Positions 12,351 to 23,480 of a stretch of 64,000 nucleotides of DNA are shown here, piece after piece (within the stretch, counting starts at the first letter, position 1; the number at the start of each line of letters is the position of its first letter). A program made the translations under genes and the position numbers. Source of the DNA: Podarcis gaigeae (taxonomy: Eukaryota); the NCBI GenBank assembly GCA_964106915.2, contig OZ066927.1. One strand, written 5' to 3'. The notes beneath the pieces were generated by a model. It was not told the DNA's origin and searched no databases. It saw only the letters and a list, made by a program, of their open reading frames with translations.

Positions 12351-13440
12351 TAGGAGGGAGGATGAAGAAAACTAGAGGGAAACTAGAGCACAGGGTGAGG
12401 TGGGGAAATTTCAACCACTTGCTCTCAAATGTAGTTTCAAACTGAACAGCTCCCATCACTTTGACTGTGAGCTCAAAAATGAATCTTTAATACAAATTGC
12501 AACATCCACACCTTTACAGTAATGACCTGTTTGATGTATATTGTATCTATCTATATTAATTACATCATTAATAATACTTTCTTTGAAGCCTGCTCTGTTA
12601 ATATAAGGATGCCAGGCAATGTATTTCCATCCACTTTTTCAATTGCAAATCATCTTTGAGAAGAAAGGATTGTACATCTAACTATGAAACACTTAAATCA
12701 TATCAGATTTTTTATTTCCCGGTGATGCAGGGAGGGCGGGGGAAGAGAGAGATTGAACTGCGAGTGGAGGAACAGGGCTGCTGTTTTATTAAAGGTGTTT
12801 CGGTTGACTTATCGTACTGCTTTAATGAGATTAACAGATTAACTAAGCAATTAACATAGGGTACAATCTAGCCACAACTGAGTGTTCTTAAATCCCACTG
12901 ATTTCAGAGGGAGCGAGTGAAACATGTACCTAACTCCCTCAATCTGAAATCAACACAGGCTAGGAATCACAGCCATTATCACAATGGTAATTTAGAAAAA
13001 GGCAATGCTATGAGAATGTTTTCTCTGCAAATGTGTATGCACATATTGAGTCAGACCACCGGTCCATCTTCCTCACAGTATGGTGTGGGAAACCTTTTTG
13101 GGTTGCAAGCCAAATTTGAAAGGTGGCTGAGACCACCCACCTGCCAACTGTGCAGCTTTGTAACTCTCCCCCTATCCCTTTTGAATTCCCAATCTTGGAA
13201 CTTTTAAAAAAGGAGTGTGGGGAGATTTGCAAAGACTTTAAAACAGCCAATCTCCCTGAGATCTCTGTGTGTGCTGTTTTAAAGCCTTTTGCAAAAGTGC
13301 TTTTGGAAACACCCACCCTACTTTTTCTTTAAATGAAGGAGAGAGGGGTGGCTTTTTTCCTAGTACCTATGTGAAGCACATGTGAAGCAGCCCCCATTGC
13401 TCCTGATTCAGCTTCTCAAATGCAGGGAAAGCTACTCCTT

Positions 13441-13702
13441 GGGCAGATCTACACTCATGGTTTATAATGATAAGGAAGGGTTAAGGACATAAGGGCTATG
13501 TTTTGCTTGTAACGTTAGTAATATATTATTAAAATGTGACACCAGAGGGCGCTGCGGAGCAACCAGGAACCAGCAATAGGGAAACTGTGTTGTTACGGAC
13601 AAAACAAGGTAAGGAACGTTTTTAATTTACCAGTATGCCCTGTGACGTTTTAGAACGATATATCTAATAACATTAATACAGTAAGTCGGTGTAGATCCAC
13701 TC
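13441..13702. mobile_element. Harbinger/PIF-like MITE carrying a CTCF-like motif
   Basis: Termini gggcagatctacac / gtgtagatccactc are largely explained by CpG decay of a gggcggatctacac TIR; internal gacaccagagggcgctg at 13538-13554. Confidence 0.65.
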
Positions 13703-13980
13703 CCGCCTCCTCCCTTGGGATATATAGAAACAGGAGGCATTGATGTGCCTCTTCCTCCTGAGTTGAAGGTGGGGAGAGGAGACTACAGCAATGTAAATAA
13801 TTAAATAACAAACTTAATTATGTCTGATGTCTAAATAGGGTGTACGTATGTTTAGAAGCAAAACAGAATATAAATTATATTACTGCTGTGGTTTTGTAGA
13901 GCTCTCCCCATTTACTAGATATATAAAGCACAACTGTCCTAGCAAACAAGGTATATACCAATTTGTTATAAAAAGCCAAT

Positions 13981-14057
<77 letters not shown>
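13981..14057. repeat. Compound microsatellite (TC)13(AC)10(AG)15
   Basis: Read directly from the sequence. Confidence 0.97.
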
Positions 14058-14061
<4 letters not shown>

Positions 14062-14545
14062 CAATGCATTGCCAGTTCAGTTATAATAGAGTCAAACTCA
14101 GCACAGCAATCTCAAGCTTCAAATGGATGGATACCCTCTTTTGGAACAAATTATATTTTGCACTGATGCATTTCCTCGCTGTGAAGTGAGAAATGAAAGT
14201 CCTGCATCCCAGAGACACAGATGTAATAAAGAAGAAGAAAAGAACAATAACAGTAGTAGTAATAATCCCAAACATGAGCAGTTACGATTACAGAAAAAGG
14301 GGTTTGGATCCAAAATCTCACCCTTGTTACTATTTTTTTTAAAAAAAATTATCAAAGAAGAAAACATCACACCTCCCCTCCATTCACTTTCTCCATGCCA
14401 AGCATAATTTTAAACACCACTACTATCATCTTACTCACCCTTCCTCTAAACTAAAAAGCCACAAATGTTGCAATATTTCCTCATAGGGGAGTTGTTCCAT
14501 TGCAGAAATCCTCCCAATAGCCCTCTATGGTAAGTATTACTGATG

Positions 14546-14622
14546 AACGTTACACCCCATAGTCACCTTTGACTGGACTTAACCGCCCAGGGGTCCTTTA
14601 CCTTACTTTTTACCTTTACTGC
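14546..14622 (+). mobile_element. Severely 5'-truncated Sauria SINE (3' end and tail only)
   Basis: ctttgactggacttaaccgcccaggggtcctttacctt tail; 11-bp TSD tattactgatg at 14535-14545 and 14623-14633. Confidence 0.85.
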
Positions 14623-14739
14623 TATTACTGATGGCACTGCTTCCTAAGCACCAACTTTTAAGTTTATGGCAAAGTTGTGAGTTGATCAGCCCCTTCCCAG
14701 TTCACAGTTTTGGCAGCAATTAAACTTTAACTGAACTGA

Positions 14740-14975
14740 GTGGGACTACTTAGACAAATCTGTTAATTTTGGTTTCTACTTTTTTTGAGTCTTATAATGT
14801 ATTTCTGTATGATCACTTTGCCCTAGTATATTGCTCGGCTGGAATACCTGGCTTGCAAAATTCAGAGAAATCCAAATTCTGAAGGATGGTGTTGTTTGCC
14901 TGTTGTTTTTTAAAGTGCAAATTAGGTAGGTTCATCTTTAAATGTGAACTCAGAGCAATTTTCACCCCATCCCAA
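14740..14975. mobile_element. Old repeat family ending cccatccc, probably hAT-derived; other copies near 140-240, 36415-36720, 39640-39775, 48190-48382
   Basis: Shared block tgcaaaattcagag...aattaggtaggttc...tttaaatgtgaact...cccatcccta across several loci. Confidence 0.6.
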
Positions 14976-15029
14976 GTGAGGTCTAGCTGCATCTATTTGG
15001 GTGTGCACCTACATGGTAGTGTTAAAGGG

Positions 15030-15185
15030 AATACCAGTTGCTGGGAATCATGAGTGAGGAAAGTTGCTGTAGCACTCAAGTCCTCCTTTCAGGCTTCCCA
15101 GGGACATCTAGTTGGTTACTGTAAGGACAAGATGCTAGACTACATGGGCCATTGACTTGACCCAGCAGGACTCATCTTATGCTCT
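15030..15185 (+). mobile_element. CR1 LINE 3' UTR fragment
   Basis: ccagttgctgggaatca...gatgctagactacatgggccattgacttgacccagcaggactcatcttatg; similar decayed copies at about 31890-32090(-), 32580-32760(-), 44430-44530(+), 54170-54340(-) and 62131-62252(+). Confidence 0.7.
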
Positions 15186-15943
15186 AAGGGAGCATCTAGC
15201 AAAAGCAGTCCCTAAATTCACAGTATATTGCTGGTGACTTTTCATGAGGACTTGAAAAAAGCAAACCACAAACTGATATGGAAATGATAGAACTGAGCTT
15301 CATACTAGAAAATTGAGAAACTGTGAGAAAAACCAAAACTGGCAGATTGGCATATCCCTTTATCTCCCACCGCCCGCACACCCCCCCCCCCCAAAAAATG
15401 GGGAGAAATAAAAGCTTTTGGAATACCTCACATATCCCATAAACTGACTTTCAGATTGTCTCAAGCTGTCCTGGCAAAGCCAGCCCGTTATCTCAAACTT
15501 TTGGAAAGCATTCACTTCATTCCAAATCGCATCACTTTTCATAGAGCTGTTAACACTGAGACCCTCAGAATAATTGTGCTGGTAGCAGCTCACTCTCCAG
15601 GTGTCCTGGTGATGGATACAGTAATAATTCAGTGACAGGAGAGTTCCTGCTATGCTCAAAGATACACACATTTTGTCTTTTTTTTTCCAACCTCCACATT
15701 GCTACCCAAATCAAACCAGTATGCATTCACAGAAAGGAAGCCAAAAACATTAGCTTCACTCAAATCTATCTGTACCTATCCTTTCCTTCAGGGAATTCAG
15801 GGCAGCACACAGGAGGGTTTCTGTATCCCATTTTATCCTCATATTAACTCTGCAAGGTAGGTTTGGTCAGAATGAGACACAACACGTGAGCTCTGATTGT
15901 ACATCTCCCCAAAAGCAACACAAAAGGCAAGTGATGTAATGTT

Positions 15944-16296
15944 AAAGGTAAAGGTAAAGGGACCCCTGACCATTAGGTCCAGTCATGGCCGACTCTGGGG
16001 GTTGCGGCACTCATCTTACTTTATTAGCCAAGGGAGCCGGCGTACAGCTTCCGGGCCATGTGGCCAGCATGACTAAGCCGCTTCTGGCGAACCAGGACAG
16101 TGCACAGAAATGCCGTTTACCTTCCTGCCGGAGCAGTACCTATTTATCTACTTGCACTTTGACGTGCTTTTGAACTGCTAGGTTGGCAGGAGCTGGGACC
16201 GAGCAACAGGAGCTCACCCCGTCACGGGGATTCAAACCACCGACTTTCTGATCGGCAAGCCCTAGGCTCTGTGGTTTAACCCACAGCACCACCCGC
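15944..16296 (-). mobile_element. Sauria SINE
   Basis: (aaaggt)3 tail, typical body, 10-bp TSD atgtaatgtt at 15934-15943 and 16297-16306. Confidence 0.95.
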
Positions 16297-16339
16297 ATGT
16301 AATGTTGGTCCACACAAAAATATCCAGAGTCCACATTCA

Positions 16340-16470
16340 GGCAACACAATGTCTTTATTGGGACCAATAAAAATGTCACAATATAGTGTGCAAGTTTTTT
16401 GACTTCTCCAGAACTCTTAATCAGGGTGAATGTTAAAGAAAGCAGGGGAAGGAGAGGGGGGAATGGTAGT
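16340..16470 (-). mobile_element. Decayed Penelope-like element 3' end with a degenerate hammerhead motif
   Basis: Minus strand reads ctgatta-a-gagttct-gg-agaagtc-aaaa (16424 down to about 16395), followed by AATAAA (16354-16359). Confidence 0.5.
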
Positions 16471-16999
16471 TTAATGTTGATACCATTAAGTCATAATCTT
16501 AGAATGGAGTTTAAGCTGAGTTCTACCTGCTTTTAATAATTTCTGCAGTTTGGAACAGCTATTCCATTAAACACAGCTTTGTAGGGAATATATATTTTAT
16601 ATTATCAGGACCATTTAAGAATGCATTCTTCCCCACCATCCTAACTCCATTTCCAGTATGAAGAATGGTTTTCTTTGTGTTGGTGTGTGTTGGGTGTGTG
16701 AATGGATCTCACAACCCTACTTCTTTTGGGTAATCATGATGCATTTAAATCTGCTATGAGGGTGATTACATTTTCTTTTTAGTGACATGGTACAAGGCCT
16801 TATTTCAAAATCATTCCTTTTTGCACTTTAGCATGTTAAATTTATGAGCGTCATACTGTAGGCGTTTTTTTTTTGTATTTTTCTCCCCATATTTTAAAAG
16901 TGTAACTGCCTTATCAAATATTTAGCTGCCTAATGTCTCAGAGTTTTTTACAACACTGAAAACCACTTTCTCAAAGTAACCATCAAGAAAGCTGTGGCC

Positions 17000-17055
<56 letters not shown>

Positions 17056-18084
17056 AAACTTGGCTGGACTGTAGCATCTAAACCAAGGTGGAGTGAATGG
17101 TGCTTTGTCAGCCACCAACAACTCCCAAAATAAGAGAAACGTATTATCAATATTTAATTGGACAGAGCAGAAATATAACATGCAGTCCGTATTTCTCAAA
17201 ACGAGAACTATTTTCAGTATATGGCAATTTGTTTTCTAATACATCTTTTACAAACCAGAAGCATTTTCTTCCTTTCATAATACCAGGCTCCTGGCAGTTT
17301 AATAGCACCCCCCCCCCAAGACATTTGATAAATCCTTACTTGGGTTCTGTTTCTAGTGAGTTTTTAATACTATTAAGGGTCTGAAATTCATCTTTTTTGG
17401 AGTAGGCTTCAAGGGGAGAAAATGCTTTTTTACCCTATATACAGCTAAACGCATCCAGATTAACACTTTTATATTGCAAAAAGGTCATTTGTTAATTTTT
17501 CTTCAGGGTGGTGGTGAAGAATTAATTAGATATTTTATTGAACCAACTATATTATTTTTGACCATATTACATCTATTCTCATAGCTTGTAAAAGGATGAG
17601 GAAACTCCAGTCACTTTTCTAAGTTGCATAGGGTGTCTATCTACACATTCCCCCCAAATTCCTCTCTCTCCCCAAAAATGCATCTCCCTCAATACAGGAC
17701 ATATGATACTACAGATTTGAAACAAACAACAAAAATGCATGTGGTAGTGTATATTTATAGTCACGAATTTAGAAATAGTAGCTAGAATAGTTCACTTGAG
17801 TTTTGATGCAGGAAAAAGTTTTGTCAAGCCTAGCATGTTTGTATGCTTTTTTATTTTTTAAACTATTTTAATATTATAATGTTACTTCTCGTGTTTTCTC
17901 ATTGCACCAGCAACCACAAAATTAAGAGTCAAATTTGTTGCTCAGCTCTTAATGTTCTTTATGCTTTGTTATGCCTTATAGGTAAACAAATAAAACTATT
18001 ACACACCATATTAAATTGAAATACAGCACATTTCACCAGAGTGAAGAAGAGTGTGGTGTATGCTTGCACTGTCTGCTCTCCAGA

Positions 18085-18364
18085 CAGGGCCAGATTTAGG
18101 TTTGATGATGCCCTAAGCTACTGAGGTAATGGGACCCTTTATATGTCCAGCTGTCCTTTGTCAACAAAAAAAGTCACTTTTTTGTTGAATATATGCTATA
18201 TGGTAATTTCTGGTCCTAATAGGTATCTAAAGCCATTTGCACATAACAAAATATGTATTTTATCAAAGTACATCCAGGTGTGTTTTTTTCCTTTATTTTT
18301 TTTTGGGGGGGGGGCAAGAGAGTTAAGCTATAGCTTGTTTAGCTTATATGTAAATCTGGCACTG
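18085..18364. mobile_element. Non-autonomous hAT MITE
   Basis: TIRs cagggccagattta / taaatctggcactg; perfect 8-bp TSD tctccaga at 18077-18084 and 18365-18372. Confidence 0.92.
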
Positions 18365-18438
18365 TCTCCAGACACTAACTGTAGACCAGCAACCTCATTG
18401 CTATAGCCTGGGCAGAGTCTGTCCGTGTTCAGGTCATA

Positions 18439-19289
18439 CAGTGGTGCCTCGCAAGACAAAATTAATTCGTTCCGCAAGTTTTTTCGTCTTGCGAGTTTTT
18501 CGTCTTGCGAAGCACGGTTTCCCATAGGAATGCATTGAAAATCAATCAATGCGTTCCTATGGAAACCGCCTTCAGAGCAGGTCCGGGGACAGTCTGTCCC
18601 CCGACCTCTTCTGAAGGCCGGCAGGGGGCGAAAGTCTTTGCTTCCCCCCCCCCCGCCTGCCTTCCTGGAACAGCGGAGACTTCTCCGCTGTCCCGGGGTG
18701 ATCTTAAAATGCTGGCGGGCGGCAGCGAATCCTTCGCTGCCGTCCCCCAGAATTTTAAAAGCCCCCGGGACAGCAGAGACTTCTCCGCTGTCCCGGGGCG
18801 ATCTTAAAATGCTGGCGGGCGGCAGCGAAGGTTTCACTGTTTCGCTGCCGTTCCCCAGCATTTTAAAAGCCCCCGGGACAGCGGAGATTTTAAAATGCTG
18901 GGGGGCGGCAGCGTTTCTCTGCTCTCCCGGGAAGGCGGGCGGGGGGCAAAAGTCTTTGCTCCCCCCGCCTGCCTTCAAAAGCCATCCGGGATAGCGGGAA
19001 GCGCTTCCCTGCTATCCTGGACTGCTTTTAAAATGCTGGCGGTGGGGAGCAAAGCCTTTCAGCCCCCACCGGCCTTCCTGGACCTCTTCTGAAGGCCGGA
19101 GGGGGGGGGAAGGCTTTGCTCCCCACCGCTAGCATTTAAAAGAGGTCCCCGGAGATTTCCCTATGGGCTTTCTTCTTGCGAAGCAAGCCCATAGGGAAAT
19201 TCGTTTTGCAAAGCGCCTCCAAAACGGAAAACCCTTTCATCTAGCGGGTTTTTTGTCTTGCGAGGCATTCGTCTTGCGGGGCACCACTG
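18439..19289. mobile_element. Young Tc1/mariner (pogo/Tigger-like) MITE with an internal palindromic array
   Basis: TA TSD on both sides; TIRs cagtggtgcctcgcaagac / gtcttgcggggcaccactg; subterminal hairpin cataggaatgcattga...tcaatgcgttcctatg; CpG-rich. Confidence 0.93.
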
Positions 19290-19291
19290 TA

Positions 19292-19712
19292 CTTGATTTC
19301 ATTTTCCCAATGTTCTCTTACCTGGTCATTTTCACGTTTTATGTTATCTTCACATGATGTAAATCAACTTCTGGAAATCTAGTGGAATGTAGTGGAAATT
19401 TAGTGCTCATTTTCATGTTAATTGCTTTCAGGGAAAAAGCTCTGTTTGCAATCCCATTAAGCCAGAAAATTGCAGGAGTTAAGTGATGGAAGTCTGGGGA
19501 AACAAATGCGTACAAAAAGAGTAGGGAGTGGCAACAGGTCTGAGCCCCTCCCCTGTTGTTCTCTGGTGTGAATGGAACTTAGCATGGTAGTATATCGGCC
19601 AAAATGCCATAGTTCCATAATGCAACAGGTAATGCAATGTAAAAAGAATGTGGAAAGACACAGAAATAAGCCCCAGGAAAACTAAGAATAATTCCCACTT
19701 CTGAATACACCC
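19292..19712. mobile_element. Right part of an old Harbinger-like element (same family as 11278-11791), interrupted by the Tigger-like MITE
   Basis: gaaatctagtggaatgtagtggaaatttagtgctcattt and the terminal ctgaatacaccc are shared with 11278-11791. Confidence 0.6.
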
Positions 19713-20639
19713 TGTCTCTGAAAAGCTTGCAGTGATGAAGCTCACCACAAGGGGCAGCTGTTTCTGACAAACCCGAAATAGAGACTTTGATCTGTAAAAC
19801 AACTCCAAGGTATATTTCCTGCAGATCTACATATGGCCTGGATGTCTGTTAAAGTGGTGTAAAATATTTTAAATAATTGTGACAGAACCCCTTTCCTGAA
19901 TTTCAGATCACACATAGACTACTGCTTTGTACAAAAGCAGATCCCCCCCCCAAAGATTCTTTTATTCTCTCTCTCTCTCTCTGCAAAAGGCCTAGTCACA
20001 GAGGACCGCTGTGGCTCAGATTTACTGCCATGCTTCTTAGAGAAACTAGAAAACTAGAAAACTAAAATGCCTAAATCTTAAAATCTTCTTCCACCATCCT
20101 TTCAGACAATACCAGCAAATAGTAGATTACAGTCTGAGTGAAATAAACATTTGCTGTGTTAACTTCACATTTCCTTAAGAAATTAAATCATACCCAACTG
20201 TATTTTGATATTCATATATATTATTTTATGAGAATAAGGTTCATTTCTCCCTGCCAAAGGAAAATAATGTTAAAGAAACAAACAAACAAAAAACACTAGC
20301 CAATAGACATGGGTGTCCATAGGAATGTAGAGTGGAATGCAAAGTAGAACACTGGCAGTGAGGACCAGGCTAGTTTCTCACAAAACAATTACAATAATAG
20401 CATCGGTACGTTTTGCCTTGTATCTCTGGTTCTACAAAAGTTAGAATCTTTTTATTTTAATGAAAGCTGAGATTCAGTACATTATGTTTCACTGGGGTGG
20501 GGGAATAACTGCCCTCTTCCCATCCAACCCTACGGCAGATGCCTAGGCCTATCATTTTGCTTTTAGAGAAGGCAAGAAATATACCACTAACCCCCTCCCC
20601 CGCCCCCCAAAAAACCCTTCTTTAAAAGGAAGAAAATCC

Positions 20640-21260
20640 TGAGAAAGCAAAGAGGCCCCACTTCAAACAATCAATTCCCTCACCATGTGGACTTTAAATA
20701 CCTTTAAAGTATTGCTGAAAACAGCAAGGTGAGGGTGGGGGGGAGAGAGAATAGGCGAAGAATTAGTCAATACTTGTGTACCCCGGAATTAATTAAACCG
20801 TCAAAGAAATCAATTACGCACCACATCCCCTCCTCTCTTCACAGCCCAAAGTTACTGAAAGCTCAATAGCTCTTCCCATTTCAGAAGAAAACGTTGTGGG
20901 TATTTATGAGTTCGGAAACAAATACGGTATCAGAGTTAATGAGGGGCAAACCTTTAAATGTTTGTCAGAGTGGAACACAACAGATAAAGACCGATGTGCC
21001 TGGAAGCTGACCAGGGAAGATTGTAAAGGTTGCTTTCCAAGCAGGGCAGCTCGGAGACGACTGTGAAAAAAGAATCCTTACCTCAAGTTGATGCATTATT
21101 ATTAATGATGGTGTGACAACAGACCCACAGGTCACCACAGATTAAGCCCCCAAGCCGGGTCCTGTCAGATGCTAGCCATGCAGTGCAAGAAGAACAAAGA
21201 GAAGGGTGCCATTTTCTTTGCTCAGTCAGTGTTAGGGTTAGCCAAGCAGAACTATAACCA
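20640..21260. promoter_or_regulatory. Candidate conserved non-coding element/enhancer
   Basis: Repeat-free with many retained CpGs; TTAATTAA (20789-20796), TTTATGA (20903-20909), AGATAA (20982-20987), CTGTCA (21162-21167). Conservation not verified. Confidence 0.45.
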
Positions 21261-21612
21261 GCCTGTGATGACCATATTTATGCACTGGCAAAAACGAAGA
21301 ACAGTGCCATACCAAAACAAGAAGATGACAAAAAAAAAAAAAAAAAATGGAGGATGGGTGTTACCTTAAATTGGCAAATTCTAATGTATATGTGCCTTGA
21401 AAATATAGAAATAATTACAGGAACTTCAGTAGTAATGCCATACAGCTCAGCATAGTGGGGGGACTGTGGTCAGTGGGCCAGCTCAGTGTGCTGTCCATTC
21501 ATGTATGTCTGACCTCATTCAAGCCCCTTTCAAGTACTAGCTAAGGCTTCCTACCCCAAGCTCTTCTAATTCACAAAGTGCCCACCTTGTGCATCCATGC
21601 CTGTATAGCAAC

Positions 21613-21872
21613 CAGTGGAGACTGACCCATTTGGGTGAATGGGGCTCTATCCCACTAACCTGTCTGCCCTTAGCCAGCCACCCTCCTCCTGCCTTCTTAA
21701 CTGCATCTAGTCCAGAGGGTGGAGCTGTCTGTCAACTTCCTCCTCCTTAGTGCAAGCTCAACAAGAAGGAGGATGGAGCCAAAACTAGCATGAGTTGGCT
21801 CTGCCTATCATGGATTCTGGTACCACCTACTGTTGGTCTCCCCAACCAACCGGTGGGCACCAGCCACCACAG
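21613..21872. mobile_element. Old non-autonomous DNA transposon, probably hAT
   Basis: Imperfect termini cagtggagactg / cagccaccacag; inverted homolog at 7255-7555. Confidence 0.6.
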
Positions 21873-22209
21873 TACCCAACAGTACCCAACTCCACCCCCA
21901 AAAATAAATCAATTAAATAAAAAATGTGAATCCCAATCATACATACATAGATCATCCAAAAGGGGTGGTAAGGGGGTGTCCCTGCCATTACTCCTTCCTC
22001 TTCCTTCTTCTGGTCCCCCAGTTCTACTCCTCCTGCTAATTGTAGCAACGAGGAGGTGATAAACCTGGGGAAAGGGGGAAGAAAGGATGGGGGGATGTCA
22101 CATGCTGGGGGAGAAACAATTAGTACATCGTCTGGAGTCAACAACAGCTGCACAAGTGGCTCAAAGGGGAAGAAACCAGCAGATGGAGAATGATGGCTCA
22201 GTGGAGGAG

Positions 22210-22640
22210 TGGACTCAAACACTATTAACTGGATTGTTGCAATAGGTTTCATGGGAGGGTTGCCCTTGAAGAGAACTTCGAAACTAAAATTGGTCCAAAG
22301 GGCAGTGGCTAGATTGCTGGCTGGGATTCCCTTCAGATCTCATATAACTCCGGATCCAAAACAGCTGCACTGGTTACCAGTTTGTTTCTGGGCCCACTCC
22401 AAGGTGCTCATGTGAGTTACGTGTTTAAAGCCCTAAATGACTCAGGTGAAAAATACCTTAACGACTTCCTCCCCTACTGCAGCCCCTCTTGGGTGTAAAG
22501 ATAAGCAGAGAATGCCTTTTTGGTTGTTCAACCACCTTCAGAAGCTCAGGGGGTGGCCCTAGAGAAAATGAAGCTCCCTCCCCACAGAGGTACATCTGGC
22601 ACCTTCATTATACAGTTTCTGGTGAATGGTGGATGCACAC
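22210..22640 (+). mobile_element. L2 LINE ORF2 C-terminal fragment
   Basis: Peptide KLKLVQRAVARLLAG...HITPDPKQLHWLPV matches the L2 LQLVQNAAAR...HITP.L..LHWLP motif. Confidence 0.88.
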
Positions 22641-22929
22641 ATCTGGAGGACTAAAGTTTAGCCATATCCCCCATTAAGTGTATTGATTAGAACAGGTACG
22701 GCTCTCCTGATGTTCTTAGATTACAGATTCCATTACACTTGGGACACTTTTCATTCTGGCTGGGAGTTGGGAGTTCAACAATATATAGGGCAGGACAGAT
22801 TCTTCATTCTTGCATTAGGGTTGCAGATTTAGATTGGGGAGACACCCCCCACCCCAAGCTTTTCTTGGATATCACCAACATATTGTCCAAATGATGGTGC
22901 CTATCTGAAAGCAGAAACACCACCAATGG

Positions 22930-23480
22930 AGAAAATGAGAACTCCTGAATGTATTAATGAGCTGTTAATTCATGTGCCTGAGATTGTGGATTTTATTAGT
23001 GCCTGTAAATCTCATATGTATCGAAGTCCTGAGATTTCTGAAACTCTTGTAAATTAGCTCTCAGTACTAATGAAACAGTTGTTTAGGTTGTCAAAGGGAC
23101 TGGATTGTGAAGGATTCTGGTGTTGAAATAATTACTGAACCAAATAATTAAACTATGCTGCAAAATTACTCTTATAGCAATATTTACAGTGTATTTTCCC
23201 CTCGCTCTCGCTCTCCCCCCATCTTTCAAAGAAACAAAGTAAAACCCTGAATTACGGTGCTTATTACAGATGAAGCTGCACTCGTAATAGTCTTAACCAA
23301 CGATAAATCCATTGTTCTAAAGTTACACAAAAGCTGATTTCAAAGTAATTTGTTTTTGCTCTACAATCTATCTAAGCGTCTTCCAATGCAGACTGTTATA
23401 TGCATTCTGGAGATTTCAGAAATTTCATAGGTACAATGCTAAACTTCAAATAAAGAAGATTCAATGACCTAGTGGTTCCC
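22930..23480. promoter_or_regulatory. Candidate conserved non-coding element/enhancer
   Basis: AT-rich and repeat-free; dense TAAT/ATTA cores, TCAAAG (TCF/LEF-like) and CATTGTT (SOX-like) sites. Conservation not verified. Confidence 0.45.

Noticed and set aside
18328-19092. Longest ORFs in the window (216 aa minus, 118 aa plus and others)
   Set aside because: They lie almost entirely in the GC-rich palindromic MITE array; the repeated peptides mirror the DNA repeats, and there are no transposase or other domain motifs.
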